Source: Patescibacteria group bacterium (lineage in GTDB: Bacteria; Patescibacteriota; Minisyncoccia; Phycocordibacterales; CAIRYW01). Taken from it: 64,000 nt of DNA. The stretch covers positions 5,127 through 69,126 of the forward strand of contig JAZKAJ010000007.1 of NCBI GenBank assembly GCA_040389185.1, in the 5' to 3' direction. The notes under the pieces are model-generated. The model saw nothing but the letters and a program-made list of their open reading frames with translations, was not told the origin of the DNA and did no database searches. The position numbers and the translations under genes were made by a program. Positions 40,606 to 49,052 of this stretch are shown piece by piece (position 1 is the first letter of the stretch; every line of letters starts with the position of its first letter).

Positions 40606-43038
40606 TTATAATTTAATAATTTTGACAACACCTCTATCTGCATTCACTTCTACAAGATCATTATCTTTAAAATTTAACATCGCGTTCTTTAATCCAATAA
40701 CACAAGGAATTCCAAACTCTCTGGACACAACCGCCGCATGGCATGTTATACCTCCAACTTCTGTTACTATAGCTGAGGCAAGTTTCATTGCAGGCAAATA
40801 ATCCACGGTTGTTGCATATGTGATAAGGACATCACCCTGCTTTACTTTATTGATCTCTTGAGGTGTTTTACATATTTTCACACGACCTTTTGCAGTACCA
40901 GGTGAACCACACTTTCCACTCGAATCCTCATCACCTTGAATCCAAGATTTTCGAGCATCAAAATCTTCAAGAATTCTCACAGCTTCATCATTACCAAACT
41001 TTTTTCTTTTCATTTCTCCAAGAAATCCCACAGCAGTAAAATCTGTTCTTTCTTTTAGAACATCTTTTATGTTTGTTTTACCTTCTAAACATTCAGATAT
41101 TTCATCAACAAACAGTAACGAAACCTTACCAACATTACTCTTTAATCTACGCGCGATCTCAGGAACAATGTTAATTAAATGTTCTCCAGCAAAACTCACA
41201 AAATACTCAGCTTCATTTCTTGTATCAAGTGCAAGTCCAAAATCCACAAATCTTTGAGTTTCGGATGGATTTAACTTCAAATTCTTTTTTGCTTCAAAAA
41301 AATCTTGTTGTTGTTTTTTTGTATAGTCTTTGAGTTCATTAATTACTTTCCTTATCTCATCTAAAGGTAGTTTTATAGCCTGCACCAACTCTTTCTCGTA
41401 ATGTTTACCTTGCCATGGATCACCGTAACTAAATATAGGCATAAAACCAAATTGTGTGGCAAGCAAATTTGAATTCTTCTCAAGCATTGCGGGCTTTGAT
41501 TTACAAACTAGTGCAGATTTATATACCGCCAATTTCTCCTTCAATGTTGTTGAAATGTGTTTTGGTTTTGTAAGCTTAAACAAAAACTCATTGAATTTCT
41601 CTGACCCCTCTTCAAGTCCTTTTGATTTTAGAATAGTATAAATTCCTGCCGTTAAAGCATTTTCACTAAGCCATCCAAATTGATCATAGACCGTGATTTC
41701 CCCTACTAGCTTTCTATTTTTCTTAAATACTTCAATTAATTTTTTATTTGAAAGTAACTCAAGATTTTTACTCTTCATCTCTGAAACTTCTTTTTTTGCT
41801 TTTTCAACTTCTATGTAGAATTTTGACAATTCTTTCCCAATTTTTTTAGGTGTTTTTTTATATAGATCCGCTATCCGAAGATCGAGTTTTTGAAAGAAAT
41901 CTTTGGAATAAAAAGGCAACTGATATAAAGGATTAATTTTATGGATAATAATAGTATCTCTTTCCAATCCAAATTTATCTTTAAACTTTTTTTGGGTCGT
42001 TTCATTATTCCAACACTCTGTTGCTAGAGGCGACAAGGACCATTGACCCATTTGAATCACTCCGTTTGGAAAATAGGTAACTTTTTTATTTGTAGACTGA
42101 AGAGTAGTAATAGGTCTCGACTGTACAATATAAAACTTTTTATTCTCATATGCCCACTCAATGTCACACGGAAATCCGTAATGACTCTCAATTTTAATAA
42201 TAACATTAGAGAGCTCCAAGATCTCTTTTCCAGATAAGCATTGTTCGTTCGCTTTTTTATTTTCAATCTCTTCCCACTCATTTGTGCCGGTTTTTGATTT
42301 AAATAAGCCTCGAGATTTCTCAGCGATATTCGTATCTAAAATTGCTTTTGGTTTTTTGGTTACTACATATGAATCTGGAGTCACTTGCCCTGACACAATA
42401 GCCTCACCGAGTCCCCACGATCCTTCAATAATCATTTGATTGTGATCTTCGGTCACTGGATGCACCGAAAATGCGATACCACTTTTCTCGCTCTGAACCA
42501 TTTTCTGTATTACAACTGCAACAGATATATGAGTATTGTGTAATCCTTTTTCAAATCGATAGAATATCGCCCGAGGAGTAAAGAGTGAGGCAAAACATCT
42601 CTGAACATTTTTAATCACATTCTCTTTTTTAGTATTCAAAAAACTATCGAGCTGTCCTGCCCACGCATGCTCAGCGCCATCTTCAGCGGTCGCACTACTT
42701 CGCACAGCCACCCACCGTGCATCCAAAGTTTTGTAGGCATCCATGATTTCTTTCTCGAGATTTTTCGGCATCGAAGCCTCTTCAATAATATCCCGAATAA
42801 TCTCTGACGCCCGCTCTACAGATTCCATCTCTTTATGATTTACTTTTTTGAGTGTCGCTTCAATTTCTGAAATAATATCTGTTTCTCGAATAAAATATTC
42901 AAATGCATCTGAAAGTACTACAAATCCAGGAGGCACGGGTATGCCCACATTGGTCATTTCTCCCAAGGATGCGCCTTTTCCACCTGCGATATTCGCATCG
43001 TGGCGATTGAGTTCCTCAAAGACTTTAATCATTTTCAT
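40606..43038 (-). CDS. rifampin-phosphotransferase / PEP-synthase-like enzyme, paralog A: N-terminal PPDK_N ATP-grasp nucleotide-binding domain + middle domain + C-terminal phospho-histidine swivel domain
   Basis: N-terminal IAGGKGASLGEMTNVGIPVPPGFVV...VAVRSSATAEDGAEHAWAGQ is the PPDK_N-type signature. C-terminal ...GGITCHAAVVSREFGIPCVIGLKNA. Domain order (ATP-grasp, middle, His) matches RPH-family enzymes rather than PpsA. Confidence 0.72.
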   Translation of the reverse strand: MKMIKVFEELNRHDANIAGGKGASLGEMTNVGIPVPPGFVVLSDAFEYFIRETDIISEIEATLKKVNHKEMESVERASEIIRDIIEEASMPKNLEKEIMDAYKTLDARWVAVRSSATAEDGAEHAWAGQLDSFLNTKKENVIKNVQRCFASLFTPRAIFYRFEKGLHNTHISVAVVIQKMVQSEKSGIAFSVHPVTEDHNQMIIEGSWGLGEAIVSGQVTPDSYVVTKKPKAILDTNIAEKSRGLFKSKTGTNEWEEIENKKANEQCLSGKEILELSNVIIKIESHYGFPCDIEWAYENKKFYIVQSRPITTLQSTNKKVTYFPNGVIQMGQWSLSPLATECWNNETTQKKFKDKFGLERDTIIIHKINPLYQLPFYSKDFFQKLDLRIADLYKKTPKKIGKELSKFYIEVEKAKKEVSEMKSKNLELLSNKKLIEVFKKNRKLVGEITVYDQFGWLSENALTAGIYTILKSKGLEEGSEKFNEFLFKLTKPKHISTTLKEKLAVYKSALVCKSKPAMLEKNSNLLATQFGFMPIFSYGDPWQGKHYEKELVQAIKLPLDEIRKVINELKDYTKKQQQDFFEAKKNLKLNPSETQRFVDFGLALDTRNEAEYFVSFAGEHLINIVPEIARRLKSNVGKVSLLFVDEISECLEGKTNIKDVLKERTDFTAVGFLGEMKRKKFGNDEAVRILEDFDARKSWIQGDEDSSGKCGSPGTAKGRVKICKTPQEINKVKQGDVLITYATTVDYLPAMKLASAIVTEVGGITCHAAVVSREFGIPCVIGLKNAMLNFKDNDLVEVNADRGVVKIIKL

Positions 43039-43184
43039 GAAAGAAATTATGCTACAAAATCCCTAATAAATCAATATAATGCAACATATTTTAAGATATT
43101 GTAGTCATTGACAAATGGCAATAATATGTGATATAATATAAAGATGTTCCTTAACAAGTCAGACCCGAATTCTTCGGCCGCTTT

Positions 43185-43817
43185 TTGGAGCTCCCTCAAC
43201 CACCACACCCCACACCTATTGTTATGATCGGATCCTTCAAACTCTCTGCTCAACGGCACACCAAAGCCGACAAGCATCCGCTGGGCGACATGTTCCGCCG
43301 ACTCACCACATCCGGCATTGGTCTCAGACAGCACCACAAAGTGCAGGACCTGCTCAAGCCACTTAAGTTTGATCAGGTGTTTTACACCAAGACCGTTCGG
43401 ACAGTCACCTTGGCCAGAGCCTTACTCCACGCAAACTATCCCAAGGAAATCATTCAGATGGTCAATTATGCTTATCCCGAGCCTGATGCCCACGCCGAGA
43501 TTTGGACAATGTTCGAGGAAGCAAAAGGCAAAGGTAACGCTCCCAACGACTATCGTGACCATCGCCACTTCGGACTCCTGCTTCAGTACTGCAAAGATGC
43601 GGCCAAAAAACTGCTCGAAGCATGCCAGGGAAAAAGTACACTACTCATTGGCCATGTGCCGATGAACCAGTTCATCCTGGCGGAGATCGCAATTCTACTG
43701 GGTCAACACGGCGTCGCTCGCGAACTTATGAAGACCCGTTTGGAGCTCGGCGACCGTCTGGATGTCGTTTGGGACGGTAAAAACCTCACACCCAACATCG
43801 TTCGCCTGGCACTTTGA
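43185..43817 (+). CDS. hypothetical protein in a GC-rich (about 52%) island; weak histidine-phosphatase (SixA/PGM-like) resemblance
   Basis: The longest ORF begins at TTG 43185; the first ATG is at 43224 (MIGSFKLSAQRHTKAD...). RH...R.LTTSG and LIGHVP are reminiscent of histidine-phosphatase motifs, but RHG is replaced by RHT. Composition is far from the window background. Confidence 0.4.
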   Translation: MELPQPPHPTPIVMIGSFKLSAQRHTKADKHPLGDMFRRLTTSGIGLRQHHKVQDLLKPLKFDQVFYTKTVRTVTLARALLHANYPKEIIQMVNYAYPEPDAHAEIWTMFEEAKGKGNAPNDYRDHRHFGLLLQYCKDAAKKLLEACQGKSTLLIGHVPMNQFILAEIAILLGQHGVARELMKTRLELGDRLDVVWDGKNLTPNIVRLAL

Positions 43818-43844
43818 TACCTCGACATCTGACTTGAATACCAC

Positions 43845-43877
43845 GAAGCCGGCTCTGCATGCAGAGCCGGCATTTTA
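43845..43877 (+). terminator. Rho-independent terminator GCCGGCUCUGCAUGCAGAGCCGGC + UUUU
   Basis: Perfect 10-bp palindromic stem and T-run 30 nt after the stop at 43817. Confidence 0.55.
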
Positions 43878-43893
43878 ATACTCAAAATTTTCT

Positions 43894-44262
43894 TTAAAAA
43901 CTCATTCCTCCCCCATGTCTTTGGACATCCATATTTTTCATTCTAATATCACTATCTATAGTTCTTGATTCTGATTCGAGTGTACGGAGCTGTGCTTCTG
44001 TATTTCGTATCAAACTGAGTGTTGAAGAATCTTTTTTTCCCGCCTGAAGATGAAGCAAATCCCTTTTTACCTGTTGTATTTCATTCTGAACTTTTAAGTG
44101 ATCAAGTTTTCGGCGAGAGATTTCTTGTTTTGTTCTATCAACTTCTCGCGTTTGAAGCGTATTGTCATACGCCTTCTTTTCCTGCATCATTCGCCCACGA
44201 GCATTATTAAAAGCGCTCGCTCCAGCACTTGTAACCTTTTTGTACATATCTCCTAACGACAT
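43894..44262 (-). CDS. hypothetical coiled-coil protein (122 aa)
   Basis: ORF with a heptad-like charged repeat pattern. Confidence 0.35.
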   Translation of the reverse strand: MSLGDMYKKVTSAGASAFNNARGRMMQEKKAYDNTLQTREVDRTKQEISRRKLDHLKVQNEIQQVKRDLLHLQAGKKDSSTLSLIRNTEAQLRTLESESRTIDSDIRMKNMDVQRHGGGMSF

Positions 44263-44292
44263 AAGTATTATTGAAATTAAATTTATAAGTTA

Positions 44293-44550
44293 TTATTTAT
44301 CTTTACCCCATCTCCAACGCGCTTTCTCACCTTTCATAATACAGACAATGATCAAGAAAAAAGTAAGTACCGCAAACGGAAAGACAAAATTAACAAGTAG
44401 ATTTCCATCTCCATCCAACATTGAACGGATATTCCACGACAAACCAATAAGTGCAAAAAGATAAAGAACCATTACACCCCATCCCTGCCATGTGTTTGGT
44501 GTCCATCCGTAGCCATATCTTTTTGCCCTAAACCATAGTTTATTATTCAT
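44293..44550 (-). CDS. hypothetical small membrane protein (85 aa, Trp-rich termini)
   Basis: ORF with two TM helices. Confidence 0.4.
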   Translation of the reverse strand: MNNKLWFRAKRYGYGWTPNTWQGWGVMVLYLFALIGLSWNIRSMLDGDGNLLVNFVFPFAVLTFFLIIVCIMKGEKARWRWGKDK

Positions 44551-44785
44551 ATTTATCCTAGAAAATTTTACCTATTAAAAAGTCGGTTTTACACCAATAT
44601 TATACCCTATCTTAAATATGAATAATATAACGTAGTGCGTCCAGAAAAGAAATCATGCCGAGCCGACTTTTTTGTTATGCAATATTCACCTTCTTGACCC
44701 AAGATTACAAAATAGGCCTAATTAAATTATATTAGATAGTATTTAGTTAAGCCTATATTGCATAACGATATAAGAATTATAGTCC

Positions 44786-44845
44786 AACTTCGACTCGGAT
44801 GCTGTGTACGAGAGTACTCGTCCACGCACTCCTCGCTCGTTGGAA
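44786..44845. repeat. Conserved intergenic motif copy 1: CGACUCGGAUGCUGUGUACGAGAGUACUCGUCCACGCACUCCUCGCUCG
   Basis: Shares CGACUCGGAYGCUGUGUACGA and GAGAGUACUCRUCCACGC.CUUCUCGCU with 51731-51856, where about 60 nt are inserted between the two halves. Contains the palindrome GAGUACUC. Confidence 0.5.
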
Positions 44846-44872
44846 TAGGTAAAACTTTAGAGGATGAATGTA

Positions 44873-45340
44873 TCAAGCCTGAAGCAGAGTCTCAATCCGT
44901 TTGAACTGGAGTTCTGAGACCGGACTTATTGAAAGTCTACTACCCCTCTGTGCCACCACCATGTGTTTGAGCACATCATCAGATTTTATTTCTGAAAGAG
45001 AAAGCGGGTTTTTATATTTCTTTACGAAAGCGAAATCAACACAATACCAGATCGGTTTTTCCTTTGTTGCTTTCGGGTCATAGTGTTCATGTTTTTTATT
45101 CTGCGCCGAGAGATCTGGATGGGGTTTTGAGACCACTTTTGCAAGTCCATATATTCCTGTTGGATTCTTGTCATTACCATTTGAATGATGAAACAGTGCA
45201 AGATCCCCCACGCGCATCCCATTCATCATAAAGTTTCGCGCCTGATAATTACGAACTCCTTCCCATGGAGTTTTCTTGTCTCGCTTTAGATCGTCTATTG
45301 AGTAGCATTCACCTTCGCTTTTTATAAGCCAATAGTTCAT
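44873..45340 (-). CDS. EVE (PUA-like) domain protein
   Basis: MNYWLIKSEGE...WEGVRNYQARNFMMNGMRVGDLALFHHS... matches the EVE/DUF55 signature. Confidence 0.8.
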   Translation of the reverse strand: MNYWLIKSEGECYSIDDLKRDKKTPWEGVRNYQARNFMMNGMRVGDLALFHHSNGNDKNPTGIYGLAKVVSKPHPDLSAQNKKHEHYDPKATKEKPIWYCVDFAFVKKYKNPLSLSEIKSDDVLKHMVVAQRGSRLSISPVSELQFKRIETLLQA

Positions 45341-45427
45341 AGAGAAATTATGAAGGATTATGTACTAAGTATCAAGCAAAGCTAAAATATTTACAAAATC
45401 AAATTTTAATGTTTAAATTGGGGTTAT

Positions 45428-45554
45428 GGATCCCGTTCGAAGCCGCGGTCACGATGTAATTTTCGAACGAGATAGCAACAAAACATTAGCCAGAGATTTA
45501 TATAACTTAATTTAAGCATAAGCGAGTGATCGCGACCTGCTTCGAAACGGGATG
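45428..45554 (+). promoter_or_regulatory. rsmG leader: inverted repeat GGAUCCCGUUCGAAGC (45428-45443) / GCUUCGAAACGGGAUG (45539-45554) enclosing about 95 nt; the proximal arm contains the start codon
   Basis: 13-14 bp complementarity read from the sequence, with possible extension via CGCGGUCACG / CGAGUGAUCGCG. A partial extra copy UUUCGAACGAGAU lies at 45461-45474. Confidence 0.5.
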
Positions 45555-46250
45555 GAAGAATTTAAAAAATACGCCGAAAAAGAAGGTACCAAAATAACAG
45601 ACAAGATCATTGGCGACCTTGAGCTCTATCTTAAGGAGCTTCTGGAATGGAATGAGAAGTTCAATCTCACAGGTATTACAGATCCGAAAGACATCTGGCA
45701 CAAGCATTTTATGGACTCCCTCACAGTCTTCAAATCAATCCCTGAAAAGGCGATCAAAGTAATCGATATTGGTACTGGTGCAGGATTTCCAGGACTTGTG
45801 ATTCAAATCCTCAATCCCCGACTCCACCTGACTCTTATGGATGCAACAGGCAAAAAAGTAGAGTTTTTGAAACACATGATCAAAAAACTAGAACTCAAAA
45901 ACGCAATCGCACTCCAGAATCGTGCAGAGATCTTGGGACATAATCCAAGCTATCGAGAAAGCTTCGATGTAGCACTTTCTCGAGCTGTCGCACTCCTCCC
46001 CACTCTTCTTGAATATGTGATGCCTTTTATAAAAGTAGGTGGAATATTTATTGCACAAAAAAAAGATGGTGTTGAAGAAATCGAATCATCGACAGAAGCA
46101 ATCAAAACACTTGGTGGAAATATAAAGGAAAAGACAAAGATAGATTCAGATATTCTCCCTGAAAGACAACTCATCATTATAGAAAAAATAAAAGATACTC
46201 CAAAAGAATATCCTCGAGCAGAGGGCTTGGCTAAAAAAAGACCACTCTAG
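45552..46250 (+). CDS. rsmG: 16S rRNA (guanine527-N7)-methyltransferase RsmG (GidB)
   Basis: SAM-binding VIDIGTGAGFPGLV and the RsmG-typical region with a C-terminal extension. Confidence 0.85.
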   Translation: MEEFKKYAEKEGTKITDKIIGDLELYLKELLEWNEKFNLTGITDPKDIWHKHFMDSLTVFKSIPEKAIKVIDIGTGAGFPGLVIQILNPRLHLTLMDATGKKVEFLKHMIKKLELKNAIALQNRAEILGHNPSYRESFDVALSRAVALLPTLLEYVMPFIKVGGIFIAQKKDGVEEIESSTEAIKTLGGNIKEKTKIDSDILPERQLIIIEKIKDTPKEYPRAEGLAKKRPL

Positions 46251-46286
46251 ATTGACATTTTACAAATTTGTGCGATTATAAACAGG

Positions 46287-46472
46287 ATGAAAACACCTAC
46301 TCTTATTATTCTTGCTGCCATTATTGGATTCGGTATTGCTTTGTGGACCCAGAGCAATAATCACAACGAACGAAAACCAACATGGAAATTTCTACTTGGG
46401 CTTTGCGCAATCAATGTACCAGTAGCTCCTGTTGTCTATCTCATTCTCGCAATTATTGCAGATCCGCTCTGA
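46287..46472 (+). CDS. hypothetical small membrane protein (61 aa)
   Basis: ORF with two hydrophobic segments. Confidence 0.3.
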   Translation: MKTPTLIILAAIIGFGIALWTQSNNHNERKPTWKFLLGLCAINVPVAPVVYLILAIIADPL

Positions 46473-46517
46473 TCTTCACAGCAAGTTACCCAACCATTCG
46501 TCTAGATGTCCCAGCAT

Positions 46518-47111
46518 CTAGACTCTTTTTTTTGGATTTTCTTTATAATCACACTTCGATTTATCCCAAAGCCCTAAGCCTTTTTCTCTCGCTTGTTTTT
46601 CGGCGTCTTTAAACTCTGTCTGGAATTCGTATGGAATATTATATGTATATTCAAACGCGTATCCGTCCTCAATCATTTTTTGATTAAGAAGTGTTCCATC
46701 TGTCAGATACACATACGCAAGTAGCCTGTGATATTTATCTCGCTCAGCTTGAGTTGGATCTTTAACTATAAGCACTTCTTTTCCCTCCGCAATTTCTTTC
46801 ATTCTTGCTGACGCTTCTTTTCCAAAACATTGTACAGTCGTACGTGGATCGACTGATTCTGGAGTATTGATACCTATGAGTCGCACAGCATCTTCTGTAT
46901 CTCCTATTTTAACCTTCAAAGTATCTCCATCGACAACTCGAGAAACAGTCACGCGTTCCATATTATTCTCAGTAGTAAGTATCGCCGTTGAATCTATCAC
47001 ATCTACAGCCTTTGGTTTTATGTATTTCTTTGAAATAAAGAAAGTTGCACTCAAAATAACCAAAATTCCGCAAACAAATATCAGTGTATATTTAAATCTA
47101 TTAGACATCAT
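46518..47111 (-). CDS. thermonuclease (staphylococcal-nuclease-like, SNase)
   Basis: N-terminal TM/signal. VVDGDTLKV...VRLIGINTPE...RLLAYVY...DG...LNQKMIEDGYA matches the SNase fold motifs. Confidence 0.8.
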   Translation of the reverse strand: MMSNRFKYTLIFVCGILVILSATFFISKKYIKPKAVDVIDSTAILTTENNMERVTVSRVVDGDTLKVKIGDTEDAVRLIGINTPESVDPRTTVQCFGKEASARMKEIAEGKEVLIVKDPTQAERDKYHRLLAYVYLTDGTLLNQKMIEDGYAFEYTYNIPYEFQTEFKDAEKQAREKGLGLWDKSKCDYKENPKKRV

Positions 47112-47168
47112 ATTTTTAATGATAACAAATTTTTAGAAAGTGTCATCGTAGTATATAATTTACCAATG

Positions 47169-47363
47169 ATCCCGTTCGAGATCACTCAATTAAGTAATCA
47201 AACTTAATTTAAGATTTTCACAAAACGGACTAATCATATTATATGTTAATAAACAACGGAAGTGCTCGGCAAGATAAATTAATATTTGCATATATTACTA
47301 AAACTTATTAATTAAATACTGATAGCAAGTGTGTCAAAAGCACTTCCTATCTCGAACGGGATG
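47169..47363 (+). promoter_or_regulatory. Leader of the FAD oxidoreductase gene: outer helix AUCCCGUUCGAGAU (47169-47182) / AUCUCGAACGGGAU (47349-47362) and inner helix GGAAGUGCU (47259-47267) / AGCACUUCC (47339-47347); the ATG at 47361 lies inside the outer helix
   Basis: Perfect 14-bp and 9-bp complementarities read from the sequence. Same architecture as the pheS leader, with compensatory base changes. Confidence 0.5.
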
Positions 47364-49010
47364 ACACAAACACAAATAGATGAAATAAAATCGATCATTA
47401 AAGGAGATGTTGATTTTAGTGACGAAACACTAAAGTCACACTCAAACGACGCGAGTCTTTTTGAAATTAGACCGGAACTTGTTGTATATCCAAAGGATAC
47501 AGAAGACATAAAAGCACTTGTAAATTTTGTAAACAAGCACAAAGAAACTGATCCAACACTTTCTATCACCGCTCGAAGCGCAGGAACTTGTATGTCAGGA
47601 GGCTCAATCAACAACTCAATCATCCTCGACTTTACAAAATATATGAATCGAATTATTGAGGTCAATCTCGTACACGGAATTGTAGAGCCAGGTTGTTACT
47701 ACAGAGATTTTGAAAAAGCGACTCTTGCGAAAAAAAGAATCATGCCAACCTATACAGCCTCAAAAGAAATCTGTGCAGTAGGTGGAATGGTAGCCAACAA
47801 TTCAGGAGGAGAAAAATCAATCAAATATGGTAAGACAGAAAACCATATTGAGAAACTGAAGATGGTGTTTGTTGATGGTAATGAATACGAGATAAAACCA
47901 CTTACCCACATTGAGCTTCTAGAGAAGACTACCGAGAATACTTTTGAAGGTAAAATGTACAAACAACTTTACGATCTTATTCTGGAAAACAGAAAAGAGA
48001 TCTTTGAAGCGAAACCAGATGTATCAAAAAACTCTGCTGGATATTACCTTTGGAATGTGGTGGACGATAATGAAGGATTTGATCTTTGCCGCCTTATTGT
48101 TGGAAGCCAAGGAACACTAGGAATTATTACTGAGATTACATTCAAACTTGTGCCGACAGAACCGTACGCAAATCTTCTTGCGGTATTTATGCCGGATATT
48201 ACACAAATAAGTAACATCGTAAACGAGATACTCCCCTTCAAGCCAGATAGTCTTGAAACATACGATGACTACAGTATGGAACTCGCAGTTAAATTCTTTT
48301 TTGATTTCTTCAAATCTCTCGGATTCTTTGGAGCCATCAAGCTTGGACTCAAATTTATTCCTGAAGCAATGATGATACTCACAAGAGGTGTACCAAAGCT
48401 CATTCTTCTTGTCGAGATCACAGGACAAAATCAAAAAGAAGTAAAAGACAAACTTGTAGCAATCGAAAACAAAATCCGACACTTTGGTTACAAAATGCAC
48501 ATCGCAAAAGATGAAGGTGAAGCGGACAAATATTGGAGAATCAGAAGAGAGAGTTTCAACATGCTTCGAAAACATGTACACAATCAGAGAACAGCACCGT
48601 TTATTGATGACATTATCGTGAAGCCTGAATTTCTTCCAGAATTCCTACCAAAGGTACGTGCGCTCATTGATGAGTACAAGCTCACCTACACTATCGCAGG
48701 ACATGCAGGTAATGGCAACTTCCACATCATCCCACTTATGGATCTCGACTCCCCTTTCTCCGCAGATACAATCCTTGAGCTTTCGACAAAAGTATATAAT
48801 CTCGTACATGAATACAAAGGATCTATCACAGCAGAACACAATGATGGAATTATCCGAACACCGTACTTGAAACAAATGTATGGAGACAGAATGATAGAAA
48901 TATTCCAAAAGACCAAAAATATCTTTGACCCACAAAACATTTTTAATCCAGGTAAAAAGGTAGGAGGAACTTTTGAAGATATCAAAAAATATATCAAGAA
49001 GAAAAATTAA
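47361..49010 (+). CDS. FAD-binding oxidoreductase (FAD_binding_4 / GlcD-like dehydrogenase)
   Basis: FAD-binding PCMH-type domain (ITARSAGTCMSGGSINN, VGGMVANNSGGE) and a C-terminal FAD-oxidase_C-like region. The ORF track starts at GTG 47331; the conserved leader motif ...CGAACGGGAUG supports the ATG at 47361. Confidence 0.75.
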   Translation: MTQTQIDEIKSIIKGDVDFSDETLKSHSNDASLFEIRPELVVYPKDTEDIKALVNFVNKHKETDPTLSITARSAGTCMSGGSINNSIILDFTKYMNRIIEVNLVHGIVEPGCYYRDFEKATLAKKRIMPTYTASKEICAVGGMVANNSGGEKSIKYGKTENHIEKLKMVFVDGNEYEIKPLTHIELLEKTTENTFEGKMYKQLYDLILENRKEIFEAKPDVSKNSAGYYLWNVVDDNEGFDLCRLIVGSQGTLGIITEITFKLVPTEPYANLLAVFMPDITQISNIVNEILPFKPDSLETYDDYSMELAVKFFFDFFKSLGFFGAIKLGLKFIPEAMMILTRGVPKLILLVEITGQNQKEVKDKLVAIENKIRHFGYKMHIAKDEGEADKYWRIRRESFNMLRKHVHNQRTAPFIDDIIVKPEFLPEFLPKVRALIDEYKLTYTIAGHAGNGNFHIIPLMDLDSPFSADTILELSTKVYNLVHEYKGSITAEHNDGIIRTPYLKQMYGDRMIEIFQKTKNIFDPQNIFNPGKKVGGTFEDIKKYIKKKN

Positions 49011-49012
49011 AT

Positions 49013-49048
49013 AAAAAGCGCCGCCCGAAGGGCGGCGCTTTTTATTAT
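49013..49048 (+). terminator. Rho-independent terminator AAAAAGCGCCGCCC-GAA-GGGCGGCGCUUUUU
   Basis: Perfect 11-bp GC stem with flanking A/T runs; bidirectional for the convergent gene at 49053. Confidence 0.7.
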
Positions 49049-49052
49049 CTTG

